Assembly: GCA_012295275.1 (NCBI GenBank)
Contig: CM022676.1
Location: 2,914,001-2,978,000, forward strand
Reading direction: 5' to 3'
Length of the DNA: 64,000 bases
Source: Chrysomallon squamiferum
Taxonomy: Eukaryota; Animalia; Mollusca
The position numbers and the translations under genes are program-made. Under the pieces are notes generated by a model. It worked only from the letters and a program-made list of their open reading frames with translations, was not told where the DNA came from and searched no databases. Positions 55,595-64,000 of the stretch are shown one piece after another. Each line of letters starts with the position of its first letter. The stretch's first letter is position 1.

Positions 55595-57989
55595 ATTAAA
55601 GGGATCTCACTAATAAAAACTGAAAGCAGCTACACTTCACGAGATGTAAACACGTCTATCAGTATGAACAGCTGAGTTTGTGAATCCTGTCTCTATAGCG
55701 TTAAAGATTTTCTAATTAACAGAACTAAAACGACTCACAGTACGAAAACTTTATGTTAAAAAGAATCACCACATTCGTTATTTAGATACAAAACAACTGC
55801 TGCGGTAACACGAACAAAATATTATCAGTGTTTCTTTCTTTCCTTTTTTATCTCAGATTCCGTGACATCGGAAAGAAGATCAGTCAAAGGAACATAACTC
55901 ATAAATATTTTATTACTTCCATGAACATTTTCAAGTAACAGTTATAAAAATAATGTGTATATTTGACTGCATTTGGACTAACCAGCATTTATATCAGAAC
56001 TGACCTCTTTTCTACTCTCAGATATTTTCATATTTTCATAGCGGAGACACACACTATTTCTCGTTCTTTATTCATAAAGTGACACTGACATAAACTGTCA
56101 TATGCTCTCAAAGGCACATACACAAAGACACAAACACAATCACCTCCACATACACCACACATACACTCAAGCACAACGGAAAGGACTCATACAACAATAC
56201 ATTCATGATGCGCCTGCGCACGCAGTCACACGCGCACGTTGGAACATACATAAACAAACAGGACAGACACAAACTCTGTATTACAGAAATGTGTAGACAC
56301 GGACTCATACTGGTGTACAAAGTTCTATACATTCTCTCACTCGCATACACATTGTGACACACTTAACATTCACATACTCATAATTTTTTACACTTTCACA
56401 TAGCATCAAATCTACTCATGTTATACATTCAAATACTATAGAACATAAATTCTCACATAGTTACACAAACTCACTTTAAATACGTAATACTCGTATATTC
56501 TGACACTTATATTCGTAAATATACTCACATTATACACATACACTTATATACACACTATGTCACACGCTCTCTCACATACACAAACATACACGCTACACGC
56601 ATTCATTCAAATACTCACATTGGCACATGAAGTCTTTCATTCTCTTTCATAGACTCACACTAAACACAAAACTCATTTACTCACACTCAAAAAGTCACTC
56701 TCACATACACATTTTACATACATACTATACACATACACATAGACTCACGATCTGGCACACACGATTTCAAATATTCATACAATCATATACGAATACTCTT
56801 ACATACACACAACATACGGAATCACACATACTCACACTATACACATATCCTCACAACGTAACATTATCACGTCCTATCATACACTCTATCACGTACACAC
56901 TGAGAAAGTCACATTATCACACTTTATCACATACATTCTCACAACTGTAACAAACATAGGTACACTGTGTATAAGTATATACTGTGATAAAAAAAAAATT
57001 AGAATTAAGGGTGAAACGTATTTAAAAAGTAAACATGGACAATTTATGATAAGACCTGTTTATCTGGTTACTTCAAAAAAATGCAAACACAGTTCATTGT
57101 CGTATTAAACTTGTGTTACTGAGGGACAGATTCCGGGATTAAAGTTCTTAATTTAAATGATAATTAAACTACTATTTCATGAAAACAGTTTTGATGACGT
57201 GATTGACTGGGAAGTGATTTCATCTCTAGCATTATATCTGTTCATGTCATAAGAATTAACTTGTTACGTTGTTAATAAACTAGACTGTTTGCTGTTCTAA
57301 TTCATTTTAATCAATGAGAAATATTAACACAGTCGCGTGATACGTCCTACCCAGGACAGAGCTAGTGACTGGGGTGGGGTGTGTGTAGCGACTGCACATT
57401 ACCTGTAGGAGCTGAGTAGGAGATCTGATAATGTTACCTGAAATAAGTAAATAAGTAAATAAATAAATAGATAAAATACGTTTAATACACGAAATAAAAT
57501 AAACTATTTCTCGTTTGTTTGTTGTTGTTGTTTCTTGCGAAAGAAAAGATATTTATTTGTTCAACGATAATAATGTAAATTTCATTACTTATAATACATA
57601 TCTGTAGGAAAACCACAGTATCTACTGGCTGTTTTAAATTATTATTCACTTTATCAGGTAATTTTGATCAGCAAATTAGATAGACTAATATATATATATA
57701 TTATTTTTTTTATATATATATAAATATATTTAGCAAGTTATCATCAAGAACAAGAAAGTAAGTAAGTAAATATATAAGTAATAAATGAATCAGTGAATGA
57801 ATGAATAATACATAAGGAAATAAATAAACCAAACGTAAAAATAACTGAGAAAGAAAATACTAAATTAAAAATATTAACAAAATGAAAATGAAAGAACCTC
57901 AAAAACTGAGGAAAATAACAAAATAATGGGAGGGGGAAGAAAATAGAGAGAAAAAAGAAAACACCTAAATAAAGTGTCAGTTCGATAAA

Positions 57990-58953
57990 TATTATTATTA
58001 TACAAATTATGTTCAAAATAAATATTTAATTTCATTACCGATAACTGAAAATTAATTTTGTCAAACTCTTCTTAATACTTTAAGGATCAGTGTTTGTGTA
58101 AGAGTTATCTTCACTGAAACATTAATTCACAAAACGCAGGTCAAAGTTCGAGTGGAAAACTTTTAAAAACACTTAATTACATCAATAATCATCTCAATGG
58201 TAAACTGATTTTTTAATTAGTTTTCATTAAATTAAATTAGGAATAAATTAAGATGATATATACCACTTATCATTATATCTAAAAGTGTAATTTCTAAACT
58301 GAAATTAGTATCTATTGGTTTGGTTTCCTGGATACCGCGGGATGTTTACAGGGAAGTAATTTACAAACAGGACAGACCGCTAAAGGTGAAATTTCTAGAA
58401 GGTAAGTTTTTACTTGTGTTAGAAACAAAGATTTTTTCCGATTACCGCCTTTGTCTGTAGATACCTAATAATCTGTTTAAAACAAATGCAGTGAAGTGTT
58501 GGTTATTTCAGTATTTGTCTGTTCACAGTGTTTAGCATTGTTGTCTCTTCGCCATTGCTTGTCGACATATCCACTGCGTCAACAAAGCAAAGTGTGAAGC
58601 TGACATCTAGTTCAGCTAAAATATCATTCAGAGCTTCAAATGTAGATAGATATCAGTTTTACCTACTGGTTTTATTTCTATTATTAGCAACTGGGAAACA
58701 CCCCATTACCCGCGACTTCAGTAAAGAATGTGTGAGGTCGAGTTTGTCACGTAGTACAGTGACCTAGTTAATAATTATTATCGAACTTTACCTTCGAGAA
58801 AGGTCGCCGCTATAATAATTATAATAATAATAACAATAATAATAATAATGAAAAGGAGAATGAGAAAAGTATTAAAAAATAATGATAATATGAAGTAAAA
58901 GTAAGGAAAAAATCCAACAATATACCACTAACCCACCAAAAATAAATAAATAA

Positions 58954-59009
<56 letters not shown>

Positions 59010-59759
59010 AAAAAATAAAAAATAAATAAAAAATTAAAAATTAAAATTAAACAATTGAAAATAATGGAAGTATTATTTCATTTTTGTTTTTTTTCTTTTT
59101 AAATTTAAAAAGTTAAAAATTAAAAGAATTTAAATAAAGAATAAACCCAAATTATCTGAGTAAAGTATATGTTATAACATGGGAGATCTGAGATTATTCT
59201 GGATATAGATGTTTAATTTCATTAGCAAGAAAAATAATTTTATCATCCCTGAAACGCCTTGGTCATAAAAAACAGGTCAAAGTTCGGATGGATAACTTAT
59301 AAAAAATAAAACTGCTCAATTACCTTAATAATTATTTCAATGGTAAAGTGATTTTTAATTTAGTTTTCATAAAATGAAAATAGGAATCAATTAAGATGAT
59401 AACTAGTACTTATCTTTATTTCAAAAAGAGTTAATTTGAAATTAAAACTAGTATTTATTGTTTTGTTTTCCTGGAAAAAGTCAGATGTTTACTAGGAAGT
59501 AATTTACATACAGGACACACTGCTGAAGGTGACGTTTCTAGAAGGTAAGTTTTTCTTTGTGTGAGAAACAAATATTTTTCTTATTACTGATGTTTCGTAA
59601 CGTAATTGTCTCTTTAAAACAAATACAGGTAATAGTGGTTATTTGTTGAAGGTTTGTATACTAAAGAATACTGAATATATATAATGAATTTTGTCACGTA
59701 GTACCGTGCTCTTCTCATAAATGTTTATCAAAATGTACCTTCGAGAAGATGCGCCGTTA

Positions 59760-59760
<1 letters not shown>
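57990..59760 (+). repeat. Upstream module block of copy 7
   Basis: Donors at 58402 and 59545; CAGGTCAAAGTTCG at 58137 and 59273. Confidence 0.75.
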
Positions 59761-59833
<73 letters not shown>

Positions 59834-60330
59834 CCGATAATAATAATAATGTTAATGAGGGTAATAATAATGATAATAATACAAAAAATGTATAGTGATG
59901 ATAATGATGATGGTAATGATGATGATAATGATAATAATATTGATAATAATAATAAGAAGAAGAAGAAGAAGAAGAAGAAAAAAAAAGAAGAAAAAGAAGA
60001 CCAAGATGATGATGAGGAAGAAAATGATTATTCAAATAATAAGCAAATAAATAAATACATTTTAAAACACAACTGAACCGTGAGAAATTGATAATAAATA
60101 AAGCTACATTTATATTCTGTATTAATACAGTGTTACTGAAAGCACACTCCAGCAAAAATAAATACATATGAAAACACAGACACACACGCGCGCACGCGCG
60201 CACACACACACACAAATACACACACACATTATGACAATAAATTAAAAGAAAAGAAAGAGCTACAGATTAACAATAGCAGCTTTTTGTGCGTCTGTCACTC
60301 GTTCGCTGATGTCGTTATCACGTGAAGCTG

Positions 60331-60410
<80 letters not shown>

Positions 60411-60527
60411 TATACACACGCATGCACACACAGAGACTCTCAGAAAGGTACACAGTTTTATGTTTATTTACTTTAAAATAAATACTATTTTCTGTTGTTA
60501 TCATTTTATTCATTCAGTGATAACAAA

Positions 60528-62357
60528 ATGGCTGCAGCAGAAGTAACAACCAATCAAGAAACAGAAGTAAAATCTACTTCCGGTTTTGTTGATAACTGGC
60601 AACATGAACGAACTATCCTTGAAAGTCTCCGATATTCTCTCAAGGAAAACATTCTCTGTGACGTCACATTCATTGTCGGAGAGGACAGGACACGTATCCA
60701 AGCTCACAAGTTGATACTCAGTCTGCGCAGCCGTGTATTTCAGGCCATGTTGACAGGAGATCTGAAAGAATAGGATGATATTGTAATCCCAGACATTGAA
60801 GCAGAAATTTTTCACTTGTTTTTAGAGTAAGAGATTATCCAGTTTGTTTGATTTTTTAACAAATTTATTTATTTATTTGTTTATTAATATTGATAATAAT
60901 AATTATTATAATAAAATTGTTATTATTATTATTATGATTATTATTATTATTTTATCTTATGATAATGCATGCAGAAATATCTATTATATGCATGTAAGTG
61001 TCTATGTTTGTGTCCATGTATGTATGTGTGTATGTATGTAGGTACGTACGGGTGCATGTGTGTATGTATGTAATGTAATTTATCAGTAGAAATGTCTGTT
61101 GTCCGTATGTATATGTTTGCATGTATGTACAATTATTATGCATCTATGACATTTGTATGTATATATTTTTGGCCATGTATTTATGCATTCTTCTATGTGT
61201 ATGTGTGTTGAGTTATGAGTATGTAAGTATGTAGTTATATATGTATGTATGTATATTTATGTGTTTGTGTTTGTGTGTCAGTTTATTTATCTAAGAAAAC
61301 CTAAATATTTTCCAGATTTCTTTATACTGATGAAACCGACTTTAAAGACGACAATGTCATTCGATTATTGTACCTTGCCAGGAAGTATGACGTCATTCAT
61401 CTAGAAAAGATATGTCTTCACTATCTTGAAACGGAAATCAAGACAAACAACGCATGCGTCCTATTGGAAGAAACTCACATCTATAAACAAGATGATTTCA
61501 TGAAAATGTGTCTCAGATATATTTGGGAAAATGGCGAAGCTGTACTGAATTCACAGAGTTTCACAGATCTCTGTCGTGAATGTTTAGGAAAGATAATTGA
61601 ATCTGATGATCTGAACACCACTGAGGAGACAGTTTTTCAATCCTGCGTGAAATGGAGTGAAGCTGAGTGCAGACGAGAGGAAAAAGAAATAACAGCAGAA
61701 AACCAACGTGAAGTGCTGGGAAAAGAGCTGAACCTCATTCGCTTTCCTCTTGTCGAGAGAGAATATTTTGAAGACAAGATTCTGCCCACAGATCTTTTGT
61801 CTGAATCTGAAGGATTCAGAATTATGCGTTCGTATATCTACCCAGAGAAAGATGTTTCAGGTTTCAGCAAAAGCCGCAGAGTTGGTACAAAGAATGAGTT
61901 AATCAAAATTGAGAGATTTACAAATGTTTGTTTGAGCTCGATTTTTGAGAAAGTTGACATGTTTTACGATGCAGTTACATTTTGTTTAAACTCGGATGCT
62001 GCTCTGACAGGTTTTAGTATTATAAGGGTTACACTAGAGAAAAAATCAAAACTCAGTGCCAGTGTTTGTGAAGTTTCCACAGACGTAGAGGTGCCAGGAT
62101 CTTCAATAAGTAAAGAAACCGACACGACTGGTTTAGATATTTCTTTCCCAAGTCCTTTAGCGATAAAGAAAGACACACAGTATAACCTGGTTGTTCAAAC
62201 TCGAGGAAGAGTTACATATAAGACAATGAACAGACAAGGTGAGATACGTGAAGGCTTTCTGAAGTGTACATTCTCAGACTACAAATCATGTTCTCACAGT
62301 TCTAAATCATATCAATCTAAAACAAACTTGATATCTCGACTAAAATTCCTCGTGTGA
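60528..62357 (+). pseudogene. BTB-BACK-PHR copy 7 with nonsense codon in the BTB exon; exons 60528-60826 and 61316-62357
   Basis: TAG at 60771-60773 where paralogs have CAG (LKEQDD); otherwise almost identical to copy 5. A base-call error cannot be excluded. Confidence 0.78.
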
Positions 62358-63366
62358 ATTTGATTCACGTTTTATTTATAAAATATGTTATTGCAGTAGC
62401 AATCATATATTATAAATACATATATACATCATATTACTATTCGCAGCAGTATGATTAGTATGAAAAAAGCTGAAAACAATAATGCACAAACAATGCGGAA
62501 ATTTTAAAGACAAAATGCAATACTTGCGGACGAGCAATTTCACTTTCTTTTCGGTAGAACGTTATGATTTTACATTCAGAACAACAAAGAAGATGAAGTC
62601 GAACTGATTGAAAAAAGCCTGGATTAACTTTTTTATTTAAATTAACTTTGCAGTGATCATTTTAATTGTTGTTGTATACAATAGTGTTATTATTAATTTT
62701 ATTGTCTCGTAATTTATGACTGTTCGTGTGTTATTTTGGAAACATTTATCATAGTAACGTGTCATCTCAGTGGTTTAATCATGGTCTTAACTCTGATTGC
62801 GGGATAGAGCGAAGAAAGAATAGAAATCACTCTGAATAATAGCACAGCTGATTTCTCCAGAGTTACATACTAATAATTTATTGATTTTCTAATTTTTAAT
62901 TTTATTTATTTAAAATTATTTCTGTTCAGAAGAAGTATGCTAATTGTATTGTTAAAGAGTGCTGAGAAAAGATTTAGTACTTTGATGTTTTTTTTTTTTT
63001 TTTTTTTTTAAAATGTTATTATTATTTTCGAGACTGGATTATAATATTTTTGACTGATAAAGTATTAATTATAATTGCAGTTCTAAAATAAACGAATGAA
63101 TAATTATATATATAAACATGTCTGTAATATAAAATATTATACTATCCTACCCCACTACACTGCATTATACTATACTATACGATAGTATACTATGTATGCT
63201 GTGCTATTCTATACTATACTATTCTATACTATCTAATGTATACTATACATTACTAATCTATGCTATACTATAATATGCTATCCTATAAATTAAGTATTGT
63301 TGTACTTTTCCTTTGAATTATTTTTATTTTTATTGCGAATATACATTTTGTTTTTAATAATTACAG

Positions 63367-63440
63367 CTTTTGGATCCTGGTTCACCTTTCTGACCTTTCT
63401 GTCCCTGTTCTCCTTTTGAATCGGGAAGTCCTTTGAGGCA
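63367..63440 (-). pseudogene. Duplicate of the collagen exon fragment at 46452-46525
   Basis: CLKGLPDSKGEQGQKGQKGEPGSK; first Gly codon changed to TGC. Confidence 0.78.
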
Positions 63441-64000
63441 CTGTGTAGGATAACAAAAGAAGTAAAATAAAATAAGCATTATGTATGATAAATATTCAAT
63501 ACTTTAAAGAACCTTTATGTTTATTGGAAGATTCAAGAAATGTACGTATTAACCATTGATATAGATGTTAAGTTGTATTCTTCAGAGGGAGTTGTTTGTA
63601 TGTTAGAGAATTAGTGGCTTTGAAGTACACAGAAGTATCAGAATTGTAGTAGTAGTAGTTGTAGTAGTAGTAGGAGTAGTAGTAGTTGTTGTAATACTAA
63701 TAGTTGTAGTAATAATGGAAGCAGGAGTAGTAGTTCTAGTAAAAGTAGTAATAGTTGTACAAGAAGTAGTACTAGTAGTTGATGTAGTAGTAGTAGAAGT
63801 TGTAGCCGTTGGTGTTGGTGATGGTAGTAATAACGACACAACTACTACTACTACTACTAATACTAATACTACTATTACATACAGCTGCTGTTACTGCTAC
63901 TACTACTACTTCTACTATTACGTTTTATATCATTATATCTGCACACATATAACGCCAAATAATAACAACAACAACAACAACAACAACAATAATAATAATA

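Noticed and set aside
60771-60773. Programmed stop readthrough of the TAG codons in copies 7 and 3
   Set aside because: Single-base changes at different positions, each in one copy only, with no shared readthrough context.

Overview
AT-rich, microsatellite-rich animal genomic DNA with spliceosomal introns. A lophotrochozoan or mollusc origin is plausible but is an inference. The window has two 200-N scaffold gaps. It holds a tandem array of seven paralogous BTB-BACK-PHR genes (BTBD1/2/3/6-like Cullin-3 substrate adaptors), each with two coding exons split by the same phase-2 intron. Five copies are intact and two carry nonsense codons. BTB and BACK are nearly homogeneous, while the C-terminal PHR domain varies in about five loops with in-frame indels, like a recognition repertoire. 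Each gene is preceded by 1-3 copies of a co-oriented ~0.5 kb non-coding module with a conserved AG|GTAAG donor and DR1/GATA/IRF/STAT-like motifs. Five genes have a downstream NF-kB/IRF-like element. Also present: two Tigger/pogo remnants with a 40-bp minisatellite grown from the transposase ORF, captured collagen exon fragments, an (AGT)-based higher-order satellite, and a ~16.9 kb higher-order duplication. The immune interpretation is a hypothesis from motif reading only.
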